DNA of 42,044 nucleotides, taken from positions 1 to 42,044 of the IMG/VR virus record IMGVR_UViG_3300034025_000089. One strand, given 5' to 3'. This stretch comes from a virus. Lineage: Duplodnaviria > Caudoviricetes. The position numbers and the translations under genes were made by a program. The notes below the pieces were generated by a model. The model searched no databases and was not told the origin of the DNA. It saw only the letters and a program-made list of their open reading frames with translations. Of the stretch, positions 1 through 8,698 are shown piece by piece (the stretch's first letter is position 1; each line of letters begins with the position of its first letter).

Positions 1-127
1 GATCGGCTTGCCCTGCCACCCGATCTTCTTCCCGGCGTAGAGGCCGTTCGGCCGAATGACCTGGAGGAACTGGATTTCGGTCGCGTGCTTCTTCGGATCC
101 TCCCAATCGCGTTGCAGCCGCGGCGAC
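1..127. repeat. 127-bp terminal direct repeat (copy 1), assembler overlap of a circular contig
   Basis: Bases 1-127 are identical to 41918-42044. The portal reading frame continues in phase across the junction. Confidence 0.97.
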
Positions 128-708
128 AGGTTCTCGAGCCCGAATTCGTCAACGGCCTGGGCGAGCGTGCGGGTATATTTGCGATGCACCCGATCGACGC
201 GGCCGTAATAATTTTCTTCGATGTAGATTTCGGACAGGTGCAGGGACTTGTAGAAGATCCCCTTGCGCGGATCCTCGCCGATCCAGAACGGCGCGGTGCC
301 GTATTTCAGCTCTTGCCGCACGTCCTCATGGGCCTGGACTTCAAAGCCCGCGGTCGGCGCATAGCGGGCCGCGAAAAGCCGATCGGTCGCCAGCGCGCAC
401 CAGCGCCGGACCTCGGGGAGCTTGTTCAGCTCGGGATCCGGGAACTCGAGCCCATGCCAGCGCTGATTGCTGGGGATGGTGACGCCGGCGATCGCGGCCG
501 TGCCGCGGTCTAGGCCGTCGATGCCGGTTGTGTCGTAAAGGTTCTCGATCGATCGCATCGAGGCGCCCTGGACGAAGCCGCCGGCGCCGAACGGATCGAT
601 GTAGGTATCGATGTCCCGGTAGATCGGTTCATAGAGCGCGCGGACGCCTTCCATCCTGGTCTGATCGGCCAGGAGGCACTTAACGAGATCCGCATCTTGC
701 TCGACCAT
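1..708 (-). CDS. Portal (head-tail connector) protein, N-terminal part; continues at 41917-40970 (about 551 aa total)
   Basis: ATG at 708 gives MVEQDADLVKCLLADQ...LYDTTGIDGLDRGTAAIAGVTIPSNQRWHGL, a T7/BPP-1-type portal N-terminal pattern. The frame joins the 40970..41884 ORF across the circular junction. Confidence 0.9.
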   Translation of the reverse strand, partial: MVEQDADLVKCLLADQTRMEGVRALYEPIYRDIDTYIDPFGAGGFVQGASMRSIENLYDTTGIDGLDRGTAAIAGVTIPSNQRWHGLEFPDPELNKLPEVRRWCALATDRLFAARYAPTAGFEVQAHEDVRQELKYGTAPFWIGEDPRKGIFYKSLHLSEIYIEENYYGRVDRVHRKYTRTLAQAVDEFGLENLSPRLQRDWEDPKKHATEIQFLQVIRPNGLYAGKKIGWQGKPI

Positions 709-733
709 GCCCCACCCCTGAGACAGCGACGCC

Positions 734-773
734 AAAGAACAGGATCGGCGAGGGCGTCGCACCCCCGCCGATC
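734..773 (-). terminator. Probable intrinsic terminator/attenuator upstream of the portal gene
   Basis: Minus strand reads GATCGGCGGGGGTG-CGA-CGCCCTCGCCGATC (hairpin) followed by CTGTTCTTT. Confidence 0.55.
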
Positions 774-787
774 GGTACGCAGATCGC

Positions 788-1660
788 CTAGAAGGCGATC
801 ATTCGGTCGAACTTCACTTCGCCGCCGAGCGGAACCTCGACCGGATCCGGGAACTCGCACCAGGCGATTTGCTCGCCGTCAGCAAGCAGGCCGACGCCGC
901 GGACACGGAGGGACGGGTTGACCGTACCCCTGACATGCGGGGCAGCAATCAGCGCCAGGCGCGCCCCGGCGCGGCGAAAACCCGCCGGCCACACTTCGAG
1001 CGGGTCGATTTCGAGGATCTCGCGCTTGCCGTCCGAAAAGACCAGCTCGAGCGGCTTGTCACGGGCGCTTTGCATGATGTCATCGAACGCCTGGCGGATC
1101 ATCGGCTCGGCGGGCGCGCCGATCGCGCGCGCCTTGCCGGCGCTCTCGCGAGCAACCGGCTTGGCGGCCGATTTCACCTTGCGCTGGGCGCGATCGAGCT
1201 TGCCCTGGACCTTCGCGAGATCCTCGGTTTTGGTGCGCAGCAGCGCCTGCACGTTGTCGAGTTCGATCCCACGATCGGCGTAAGCCTGTGTGAGATCAGC
1301 AAAGCCGGGCGCCGCCGCATGGACAACCGCCCGAAAAAGAGTGTCCTTCAACTGTTGCCCAGGCGGGAGCTGATCGAACGGAACCAGGCAGGGATGAGTT
1401 TTCTTCTTCTCATCCTTGCCCCCCCCTACCACCCAACCCGCAGCGACTTTTTCGGCCATCCAGTTTTCATGACTGGCCGCATCGCCGGCGTCGGGATTTT
1501 CCAGGTGAAAGGCCACGCCGTTTGCAGCGCTTTCCCTTTGCCACTCAGGCGCATCGGCCCAAGGCTTTTGACTGTCATCGCCGATCGACCGGCAATAAGC
1601 GGCGTTGACACCATGGCAGATCGCCGCGATCGCCAAAACGGATGCACTGTGAGCTTTCAT
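788..1660 (-). CDS. RyR-domain protein with coiled-coil and C-terminal extension (290 aa)
   Basis: The segment CHGVNAAYC...W...SHENWMAEKVAAGWVVG..KDEKKKTHPCLVPFDQLP..QQLKD matches the phage RyR (ryanodine receptor repeat) domain pattern. ATG at 1660 is preceded by GGGGTGG. Confidence 0.8.
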   Translation of the reverse strand: MKAHSASVLAIAAICHGVNAAYCRSIGDDSQKPWADAPEWQRESAANGVAFHLENPDAGDAASHENWMAEKVAAGWVVGGGKDEKKKTHPCLVPFDQLPPGQQLKDTLFRAVVHAAAPGFADLTQAYADRGIELDNVQALLRTKTEDLAKVQGKLDRAQRKVKSAAKPVARESAGKARAIGAPAEPMIRQAFDDIMQSARDKPLELVFSDGKREILEIDPLEVWPAGFRRAGARLALIAAPHVRGTVNPSLRVRGVGLLADGEQIAWCEFPDPVEVPLGGEVKFDRMIAF

Positions 1661-1690
1661 GTAAACCACCCCTGGTTTGTGAAGGATTTT

Positions 1691-1927
1691 TTAGCCGAGC
1701 TGCGCGCGCTTGCCGCCGCCGCCTTCTGCACCGCCCGATCCGGTCATCATGTCGGCGAGCCCGCCCTTGCGGCGGCGCAGTTCATCGAGGCGCTCGGAAT
1801 CGTCGCGGATTTCGTCGCGCCGGGCGGATGCCGCAGGCATGGCGGCCGCGGCGTTAGGCGCCTTCGGCTTCTTGATGATGCCGAGCATTTTCAGCCCACC
1901 ACCGATAACGGATCCAGCACCTTTCAT
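1691..1927 (-). CDS. Small virion-associated protein upstream of portal (78 aa)
   Basis: Lies between TerL and portal. The RRRKGG...T...G....LG C-terminus is typical of the small podovirus protein at this position. Confidence 0.7.
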   Translation of the reverse strand: MKGAGSVIGGGLKMLGIIKKPKAPNAAAAMPAASARRDEIRDDSERLDELRRRKGGLADMMTGSGGAEGGGGKRAQLG

Positions 1928-3510
1928 CGTCCACCCCCGAAAACATCGTAAGCGCCCTCTGTTTTTACGGGTCGCCTACCGTTTTCCCGGCCTTCGCCTG
2001 GGTGACCCGTGTTCGAGTTCTCCCCATTCCCGGCCTTCGCAAGACCAACACACCCGTATTGGGCGGCGTCTTGAACGTGTGAATAGTCGTTTTTCACCGG
2101 CTCGTCTACATAACGGCCGTGGCCGCCCTGCAAATTCGAGCGGCGATACACGTACATTCCTTTGAAGCCCCGTCGCAGCACCTTGCACCGGGTCGGACAG
2201 AGCAGGAAACCAGGCTGGCCGCCTTCGACCAGGGTAAGCATCGGCTTTCGCACCGCCTCGAGGCGCGGCGTCAGCGCGTTACCCTTGACCGGCGCGGGCC
2301 GCACCCGCGTTTTCCGCTCGATCGCCTTCGACAGCTCTTTTTGGAACGTCTGCCGCCACGAAAGATCCTCGCCGCCGGCATTCTCACCCGCCGTTGTCGC
2401 CGGATCCGCCCAGGCTGTCTCGGCCAGCTCGCTATTGGGGAAATGATCCTGGAAATAGCGGGCGCACATTTTCGCGAAGGCTGTCGGCCCGAGCTGCTCG
2501 AGCTCGGTTTCCTCATTGTCGGCGAAGGTGACGCACTCGCCCAGGATCCGCACCTGGCCGCGATGGTCGCGCTGCATGAACACCGCCGCCGGCGTAAGGC
2601 CGCCGTCGACCGCCAGGCGGATCGGCACGCCGTCGATCGGTTTCAGCGTCTCTTTCGCGCAATGGAGTTCGTCCTGGTACTCAGGATAAACCGGCTGACC
2701 CCGCCGCACCGCGCCGAATTGGTTGTCGACCATGCGCCGGATATAATCCTGCGTCTGCCCGATCATTTGCTGCGCGTAATAGCCCTTCGGCAAGTTCGCG
2801 ATGTTCTCAGGCGGCGGATCCTTGGAGCGGCCGCCCGGCTGCACGTAGAAACCGACGCCGAACAGGTCGCCGAGCTCCTCGCGAAGCATCTCCTCGAGCT
2901 CGCGATCGAGCCCTAGGTTCTGGTCGACCAACAGATCGTAGGTCCAATTCTCCACGTCCGGCGCGTTCATGTCGATGATGATCCCGCGCCAGGTGCAACC
3001 GCCCAATTTCGCGTCGGGATAGCGGCCGACGCGGCCCATACCGAAGGAGAACACCGCCTTGGCGAGCAGATCCGCTTCGTTGAGCCACAGGCCGGTGAGC
3101 TCCCACCCGCGCATGACATCTTCCGCGCGCGCTTCGCCCATGGCGGCAAACAGAACCTCGAGCTCGATCGTGCCGAAGCCTGGGATCAGGAGGCGAATGT
3201 TGTGCTGGAAGGGGCTTTCGCCGTTCCACTGACCGATTTCCTTCGGAAACCAGCTAAACCAGCTTTGCAGCACCGTCTTTCTGAGCAACGGATAGGTGTC
3301 GCGCACCACTGCCCAGCGCGCCCGCCGCACCCCATCGGGGCCGGGGTTCTGCCACATCGCCGCGTGGATCATCTTGCGGGCACAACTTGTCGTTTTCGCC
3401 GATCCGACCGGCCCCATGATCCCGGTGATGATCCGCTTATCCCACACAAAGGCTTCCGCCTTCGGCCCAACAGGCATCATCAGCGCGGCGATCGAGGTAG
3501 AGGTGTTCAC
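1924..3510 (-). CDS. terL: Terminase large subunit (about 528 aa)
   Basis: Walker A GPVGSAKT, Walker B-like LWLNEAD, RNase H-like nuclease AVDGGLTPAAV and C-terminal KNDYSHVQDA. The GTG start at 3510 overlaps the TGA of the upstream gene. Confidence 0.93.
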   Translation of the reverse strand: MNTSTSIAALMMPVGPKAEAFVWDKRIITGIMGPVGSAKTTSCARKMIHAAMWQNPGPDGVRRARWAVVRDTYPLLRKTVLQSWFSWFPKEIGQWNGESPFQHNIRLLIPGFGTIELEVLFAAMGEARAEDVMRGWELTGLWLNEADLLAKAVFSFGMGRVGRYPDAKLGGCTWRGIIIDMNAPDVENWTYDLLVDQNLGLDRELEEMLREELGDLFGVGFYVQPGGRSKDPPPENIANLPKGYYAQQMIGQTQDYIRRMVDNQFGAVRRGQPVYPEYQDELHCAKETLKPIDGVPIRLAVDGGLTPAAVFMQRDHRGQVRILGECVTFADNEETELEQLGPTAFAKMCARYFQDHFPNSELAETAWADPATTAGENAGGEDLSWRQTFQKELSKAIERKTRVRPAPVKGNALTPRLEAVRKPMLTLVEGGQPGFLLCPTRCKVLRRGFKGMYVYRRSNLQGGHGRYVDEPVKNDYSHVQDAAQYGCVGLAKAGNGENSNTGHPGEGRENGRRPVKTEGAYDVFGGGR

Positions 3511-3704
3511 CGCGCAGCGCGCTTTCTCGGCTCGCCCTTTGAGGTAAGCCCCAACGCCAGGTGCCGCTCGCTCCGATTGCGCCGGTGCCTTTCCTGCGCG
3601 AGCCGGTTGCACTCCCGGCAAACCCGGCTTCCCCGCCGATCGACGCGGAGATTTCGCCCGGTCAGATCATGGCCGTGGCGGCAAGTGTCGGCGGCGGCAC
3701 TCAT
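3507..3704 (-). CDS. Small zinc-finger protein (HNH-associated C-x2-GH...C-x2-C module), 65 aa
   Basis: Contains TCRHGHDLTGRNLRVDRRGSRVCREC and is translationally coupled on both sides. Confidence 0.7.
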   Translation of the reverse strand: MSAAADTCRHGHDLTGRNLRVDRRGSRVCRECNRLAQERHRRNRSERHLALGLTSKGEPRKRAAR

Positions 3705-3766
3705 CGCCGGCGGCGCCGATCGCGAAGCAGGGCATAGCCGGCGAACAGGAGAAATTGGTAGCTCAT
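3701..3766 (-). CDS. 21-aa microprotein MSYQFLLFAGYALLRDRRRRR
   Basis: ATGA overlaps with both the upstream (3763) and downstream (3704) genes. Confidence 0.5.
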   Translation of the reverse strand: MSYQFLLFAGYALLRDRRRRR

Positions 3767-4188
3767 TGCAGCCGCGCGCCAGGCCGGCGCGTCAGGCCCT
3801 CGACCGCGCCCCTGGTGAGCGCGTCCATGACCTCCTCGATCATCGCCTGGCGCGCCCGATCGAGCGCGGGAATAGGCAGGCCATTGCCAACAATCTTGAG
3901 CATGAAGCCCGCGGCCAAGCCGGGACGCCAGCTTTCTTCGCCGTCGCGGCCGCGGGCGAGCTCCTCGACGCGGCCGCCGATCCATTCCAGGTGCCAGGGA
4001 TTGCCGCGCCGCAGCCGCGCGATCGCCGCGTCGTCGCGATCGAGCACGGCCGCCAGGGCCTCGGCCGCGACTAGCGTGTCGTCGCGCGTCAGGCGCCCGG
4101 TCGGCCCCTTCGGCGTCGCAACGTAGCCCGCGCTCGAGGCGAGAAGGGAGGCGGTCAGGGTCCGCTTGTTGGTCAAAAACTCAGCCAC
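3763..4188 (-). CDS. Hypothetical protein (141 aa)
   Basis: GTG start with an AGAGGG RBS, coding-like codon usage, coupled to the downstream gene. Confidence 0.65.
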   Translation of the reverse strand: MAEFLTNKRTLTASLLASSAGYVATPKGPTGRLTRDDTLVAAEALAAVLDRDDAAIARLRRGNPWHLEWIGGRVEELARGRDGEESWRPGLAAGFMLKIVGNGLPIPALDRARQAMIEEVMDALTRGAVEGLTRRPGARLQ

Positions 4189-4764
4189 GCTCGAGACCCT
4201 CTAAAAAGTTACCGCGATCCACCCTTGGTGCTTTCAAAAACGACAGGGGATCCACCAACCCCCCGCCGCCGGCGGGCACACTTCCACGTCACCGCCGCGC
4301 GAAAGGCGCGCTTCGGCTTGAGCAGGATGAATTTGTTTTACCGGCTCGCGGCATATCCGGCAGAAGAGCCCGCCAATGAATTTCGTTGTCGTTCCGCGGC
4401 CCAGGAACCGGGCGCGGCACGAAATGTCGAACAACATGAATTGAAACGGCGAGCATCATGCCGCGCGACCAAGCGCCGGCGCCGCGCTGGATAGATCCAG
4501 CCCGAAAATCCGATCGCAACTGTCGAGCCGAAAGCCCGCAAGCATAGGAACCACCCCATATGCGGGAACGCGCGGCCCGCCTTTTCGGCTGATCCCGCAC
4601 CCTTCCCGCTTGCACCCCGGCCCATCGCCGTGTCACCCAAAGCTGCGCGCCCGATTCGGCGTTGTCAATCCGAAAACCCGAACCCTGACCCCGCGCCCCA
4701 TGCCGTCGCTGCAAATTTACCGCGTCTCCGAACCGCCGACAGGATCGGGGGAACCCGATTTAGC

Positions 4765-4885
4765 CCAGAAATTTTACGTGTATCGCGCGAAGGGGGGGAA
4801 TGGACAGGCGCGCGTGGCTTTGGGGGGGCCGGGGGGCCTCGCCACGATCCGCGGGCCGCGGGCCGCGGTGAGGAGGGGGGCTGTC
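4765..4885. other. Candidate packaging (pac/terminus) region with G/C runs next to an AT-rich patch
   Basis: Non-coding gap just downstream of TerS with AGAAATTTTACG, GGGGGGG and GGGGGGGCCGGGGGG. Function is inferred from position and composition. Confidence 0.35.
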
Positions 4886-4974
4886 TCAACCATGTCTAGA
4901 CCCGGCGAAATGCGCCCGATCGGCCCCGCTCAGCCCCTCTAAGCGGTGCGCGACCTGAGACGCCTCGGCCTAGT

Positions 4975-5508
4975 CTACTCGCGCGAGACGATTTCGCCGT
5001 CGACCAAGGCGCCGTCCCAATCGATCGGCCCGTCGCTGCCGAGCGCGTTGACCTGGGCGGCGATCGCCTCGAGCTGCGCGGCGCCGACGCCAGGCCCGCC
5101 GGCAAGCACCATGACCATATCGTGCTTCTGGCGCACATCGAGCGTCACCGGCTGCTTGCCTTCGATGTACGGGAGGAGCTCGGCCGCCGCGCGGATCTGG
5201 ATCTTGAACGCCTCCTCTTTCGAGCAGCCGAGCTCGGCCGCCAGGAGCTCCACCGGGCGATCGTAAGCGCGCGCCAAGGCGACGCCAGGGTGCGAATGAA
5301 GCGAGAGGATCTGGTCGCGGAACTTCGTGTTGCGCTTGTTCCGAGCGCCAGGCGGCCGACCGCGGCCGCGATATTCGGCCACGGCCGAGGCGGCGTCCCG
5401 GTTCGGCGTCGCATCGCGGATCAGCTCGAGCTGCTCGGCGTCAGGAAGCGCGGCAAGGTCCCGCGCGACGGCGAGATCAGCCTCTAGCGGCGTTGGAGTA
5501 TCAACCAT
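4975..5508 (-). CDS. terS: Terminase small subunit (177 aa)
   Basis: Has the GRGRPPGARNKRN motif and AAAELLPYIEGK helix, lies upstream of TerL, and the ATG at 5508 is preceded by GGGGTGG. Confidence 0.75.
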   Translation of the reverse strand: MVDTPTPLEADLAVARDLAALPDAEQLELIRDATPNRDAASAVAEYRGRGRPPGARNKRNTKFRDQILSLHSHPGVALARAYDRPVELLAAELGCSKEEAFKIQIRAAAELLPYIEGKQPVTLDVRQKHDMVMVLAGGPGVGAAQLEAIAAQVNALGSDGPIDWDGALVDGEIVSRE

Positions 5509-5591
5509 CTGAATATCCACCCCTTTTTTTATTCCAACGGCCGCGACGTGCTCGCCGTCGACCGCGATCGGGAGCCTAACACAGCCGCGAC

Positions 5592-5845
5592 TTGTTCCCA
5601 AAGCCCCGCCGTTGGAAACAACCTTGGAAACACAAAAGCCGAGCGATTTCAGCCGCTTGCCTGTACTGTTTCCAATGTTTCCAACGTTCCAAGGTAAATG
5701 AAGGTATACGCGCGCACGCGCGAGCGCATGCACATATGCTCACCTCGTGTTTCACTGGAAACAGTGGAAACAACGCCATAAGTCGTTGGTGTTATTGGGT
5801 TATGTTGTTTCCAAGGCTGGAAACAAAGCTGGGAACATGGGAACA
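5592..5845. repeat. Iteron array TGG(A/G)AACA in both orientations; probable replication origin
   Basis: About 12 copies start at about 5593, 5613, 5625, 5667, 5676, 5685, 5748, 5756, 5765, 5806, 5818, 5830 and 5838 (some degenerate). They surround a central alternating purine/pyrimidine tract (5704-5738) in a locally AT-richer non-coding region. Confidence 0.75.
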
Positions 5846-6224
5846 ACCCCCGGCCCCTGGTAGAGCGGGCAATCTGGCCCTCTTTGTGCCCGAAGGCAAG
5901 GGCGCGGGTGCGGGTGCGGAAAGAGAGCTTGCCACACCCACCGCCACCGCGCCGCCGGCGACAAGGGCGCGGGATCACCGGGCGGAAGGATGAGCGGCCG
6001 ACCGCGCGCACCAGGCGCCGGCCTTCGGCCGCCACCTTGCGCGGTCGAGTTGCGGCCTGGCGGCCTATCTCCTCGAGCTGACGCTCGAGGAGGAAAGGAC
6101 GATCGCGCGCACCAGGTCGACGGCCTAACGGCCGCCAACCTTGCGCGATCGGCGCCCGCTAGGCGGGCTAAGGGTGTTGCATCAAAACCACACATCAAGC
6201 TCAAACGCAGAAAATTTGCTTGCC

Positions 6225-6310
6225 GTGCAACTTTTTTTATGAGGCACTGTTGACACATTGTTGATACACGTCAATGAGACGTGCGAACAGGCTACGCAGA
6301 GGAGGGCACG
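6225..6310 (+). promoter_or_regulatory. Promoter of the first plus-strand early operon with operator-like repeats
   Basis: TTGACA at 6250-6255 follows an upstream T-tract. Direct repeats TGTTGACACA/TGTTGATACA lie at 6248-6268, and the RBS GAGGAGG precedes ATG 6312. Confidence 0.6.
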
Positions 6311-6311
6311 A

Positions 6312-6452
6312 ATGGTTGTGATCGACCGAGCCGCGGCGGCGAGGGCAATGGCGAAAGCGATCGCCTACAAGCAATGCGGCAAAGACCAGGAGGCGGCCGA
6401 TTGGGCGCGCCAGTTGGTCCAACTCCTCGAGTGCGCGGACATTCTTCGGTGA
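6312..6452 (+). CDS. Small early protein (46 aa)
   Basis: Strong RBS, sequence MVVIDRAAAARAMAKAIAYKQCGK..., GTGA overlap with the next gene. Confidence 0.7.
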   Translation: MVVIDRAAAARAMAKAIAYKQCGKDQEAADWARQLVQLLECADILR

Positions 6453-6658
6453 GCGCCGACCTCTTTGGACCTCGCCCGCCGCGCCGCAAGCCGCGCGTCA
6501 TGATGCACTACGTCGACGCGGGCTGCTTACCCGGCGGCCAAAGCGGTGCCCACTTCGTATGCGGCCGCTGCGGCCACGACGCAGGGTGGATGCCCTGCTC
6601 AGCCAATGTTTCCGAGATCCGCCGGGGCAAGCCATGTCCCCAATGCAACCCCGAATAG
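6449..6658 (+). CDS. Zinc-ribbon protein (69 aa)
   Basis: CGRCGHDAGW and CPQC cysteine pairs. Confidence 0.7.
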   Translation: MSADLFGPRPPRRKPRVMMHYVDAGCLPGGQSGAHFVCGRCGHDAGWMPCSANVSEIRRGKPCPQCNPE

Positions 6659-6669
6659 GAGAGACGCCC

Positions 6670-7341
6670 ATGCAGATTGAACGCGCCTACATCGACGCCG
6701 CCCAGGTCGCAAAAATGGTGCGGAAGGCTCTCAAGGAGAGCTTCCCCGGCGTGCCGTTCAGCGTCCGCACGTCGAAATATAGCGGCGGCGCCTCGATCGA
6801 CATCGACTATCTGGACGGCCCGCCGATCGCGGCCGTTGAAGCGGTCGCGAAGATCTACGCCGGATCCTACTTCGACGGCTCGATCGACTATAAGGGCGCC
6901 GTCTACCACTTGCTCGACGGCAAGCCGGTGCGCTTCCTTGCAAACTTCGTGTTCGTCAACCGCCAGCTCTCGGCCGCCGCGCTCCGCAAGGGGATCGCCG
7001 CCTATCGGGCCGCCGGCAACGACGCCGCTGGCCTCGATGTCGAGGAGTTCACGAACTACAAGGGCAAGCCCGACGCCCGGCTTTCCGGCAAGGGCGCGGG
7101 CGAGCAGATCTGGGGAGCCGATGGGCGCCCCTATTATGCCGAGCTCGCCCTCGCGACCTGGTTTGACCAGGGCCGCCCGGCGGCCGAGATCGAGGCGAAG
7201 CCCAGCGCCGAGCTCGCCCGGCTCCAGCTCGCCGGCGACGATGGGTACAGCCGGCAATGCGGCGCCGGCCTCTCCCACGAAGGCCCGGAGCTGAACCTGG
7301 CCGCCATACCGGCAGAGCGCGCCGCCGCCTCGCTTCACTGA
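6670..7341 (+). CDS. LPD29 (large polyvalent protein-associated domain 29)-like protein (223 aa)
   Basis: Pattern AKMVRKALKESFPGVPFSVRTSKYSGGASIDI.Y.DGP...FDGSIDY...FVFVNRQLS with an AGGAG RBS. Confidence 0.8.
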   Translation: MQIERAYIDAAQVAKMVRKALKESFPGVPFSVRTSKYSGGASIDIDYLDGPPIAAVEAVAKIYAGSYFDGSIDYKGAVYHLLDGKPVRFLANFVFVNRQLSAAALRKGIAAYRAAGNDAAGLDVEEFTNYKGKPDARLSGKGAGEQIWGADGRPYYAELALATWFDQGRPAAEIEAKPSAELARLQLAGDDGYSRQCGAGLSHEGPELNLAAIPAERAAASLH

Positions 7342-7406
7342 TCCCCCAAGACGGCGCCGGCCACGATCGGCGCCGCGATGATGGGACCAGCCCTAGGAGA
7401 ACGAAC

Positions 7407-7601
7407 ATGGCGAGCCCGATCTTTTCCATTCTGATCTGCACCGCCCGCGGCGACCTAATCGAAACCAAGCGCATGAGCTACGATCGCGCGCGCCGAGCCT
7501 ACGACAGCCTTGAGCCGAACCGCGACGGCTGCCTAGCCCGCGTAGAGCTCCACCAACGCGGCGCCGCAATCTTCAAGAAAGAACGCAAACTCGGCGCCTG
7601 A
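7407..7601 (+). CDS. Hypothetical early protein (64 aa)
   Basis: AGGAG RBS; sequence begins MASPIFSILICTARGD. Confidence 0.65.
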   Translation: MASPIFSILICTARGDLIETKRMSYDRARRAYDSLEPNRDGCLARVELHQRGAAIFKKERKLGA

Positions 7602-7842
7602 TCCCCACCGACGAACCCCGAACGAAGGAGACAAACCATGTGCCTCGAGCGTCTCCTGGCGATCGCCAGGGACCACAAGACCAGCACCGAGGAGGAGCCG
7701 CGGATCGAGAACGGCCGCGTCGTTATCCCGATCGATGTCAAGCTCGCCGGCGGCGGGTGGGGGATCACCTACGAAACCGCCGGCAACCGCGCCGAGCTGC
7801 TTCAAGCGCTCGGCTACTGATCCCCACCGACGAACCCCGAAC
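7598..7842 (+). repeat. 26-bp direct repeat CTGATCCCCACCGACGAACCCCGAAC flanking one gene
   Basis: Exact copies at 7598-7623 and 7817-7842. Each contains the upstream stop codon and leads into the next RBS. Confidence 0.9.
7638..7820 (+). CDS. Hypothetical early protein (60 aa)
   Basis: AAGGAG RBS; lies between the two direct repeats. Confidence 0.7.
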   Translation: MCLERLLAIARDHKTSTEEEPRIENGRVVIPIDVKLAGGGWGITYETAGNRAELLQALGY

Positions 7843-7855
7843 AGGAGGAACACCA

Positions 7856-8299
7856 ATGATCTTCAAAACCGACACCTGCCCACCCATGCACCCCGGCGCC
7901 GAGACCGGCCTTCCGCGGGTCCACATGGAGTTTGCAAACGGCTACACGGCGAGCATCGTATTCGGCCAGCTCAGCGCCTATCTCGCCTATCTCGACCCGT
8001 TCGGGGCGGTGAACCTGGACAGCCAGGAAGCATCGCCGGAGCAAGTCGCCCGCTTCCTTATGGGCGTCGCCACCATGAAGCGGCCAAGCCGCAAGGAGCT
8101 CGGCGTCACCGCCCGCCAGATCGAGGCTTTGGAGGCCGCGCGGGACAAAGGCGGTGCGATATTCGCCCGCGGCCGCAACATGGGCGGCGCCTTCAAGCGC
8201 CTGTGCGACGGCCTTGCCCGCCGCGACTTGGTTGAGCGCCGATCGCCGCACCCGATCACGGACAAGGGCCGCCGGATCCTCGACCTGTTGAACCTTTGA
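7856..8299 (+). CDS. Hypothetical protein with winged-helix-like C-terminus (147 aa)
   Basis: AGGAGG RBS. The ending TARQIEALEA...LARRDLVE...ITDKGRRIL resembles a wHTH. Confidence 0.65.
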   Translation: MIFKTDTCPPMHPGAETGLPRVHMEFANGYTASIVFGQLSAYLAYLDPFGAVNLDSQEASPEQVARFLMGVATMKRPSRKELGVTARQIEALEAARDKGGAIFARGRNMGGAFKRLCDGLARRDLVERRSPHPITDKGRRILDLLNL

Positions 8300-8317
8300 C
8301 GGAAAGGAAGGGGTGGA

Positions 8318-8698
8318 ATGACCAAGCTATACCACGACAAGGGGGCCTGGGTCATACCAGGCAACCAGGAGCGGGGCGCTGAGCGCGTCGACGTTCCCAG
8401 CGCACCGCAAGCGCTCGCCGATTGGCTGAACTACCGGCGCGTGCCTCCGATCGCAGTTCCGACGCAACCGGCGCCAAGCCCGCCGGCGCCGGCGGCCGCT
8501 GCGCCCCCGAACACGCCGCCGACCGTAGGAGGGGAGCCCCCGAACGAACGTAAGCAGCGCGCGGCCGAGCTCCTCGCCATGGGCGACGACGCCGACGCGA
8601 TCGCCGCGTGGATCCTGGGAGCCGCACCCTGGCAGATCGAGCGCCTGTTCGGCACGATCGGGGCGCGGGTGTCCGAGCTGGTAGGAGGCGCCCGGTGA
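8318..8698 (+). CDS. Hypothetical protein with Pro-rich linker (126 aa)
   Basis: ORF with RBS and GGGGTGG immediately before the ATG; coupled to the next gene. Confidence 0.7.
   Translation: MTKLYHDKGAWVIPGNQERGAERVDVPSAPQALADWLNYRRVPPIAVPTQPAPSPPAPAAAAPPNTPPTVGGEPPNERKQRAAELLAMGDDADAIAAWILGAAPWQIERLFGTIGARVSELVGGAR

Noticed and set aside
1-127. 127-bp terminal repeat as a biological direct terminal repeat
   Set aside because: It falls mid-portal gene and 127 is a common assembler k-mer length, so it only indicates circularity.
6069-6092. Perfect 10-bp hairpin CTCCTCGAGC-TGAC-GCTCGAGGAG
   Set aside because: It is built from CTCGAG words that are abundant genome-wide, with no U-tract or other support for function.
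5592-7842. CRISPR array from the iterons or the 26-bp repeats
   Set aside because: The iterons are 8 bp in mixed orientation. The 26-bp repeat has two copies separated by a whole gene. No cas genes are present.
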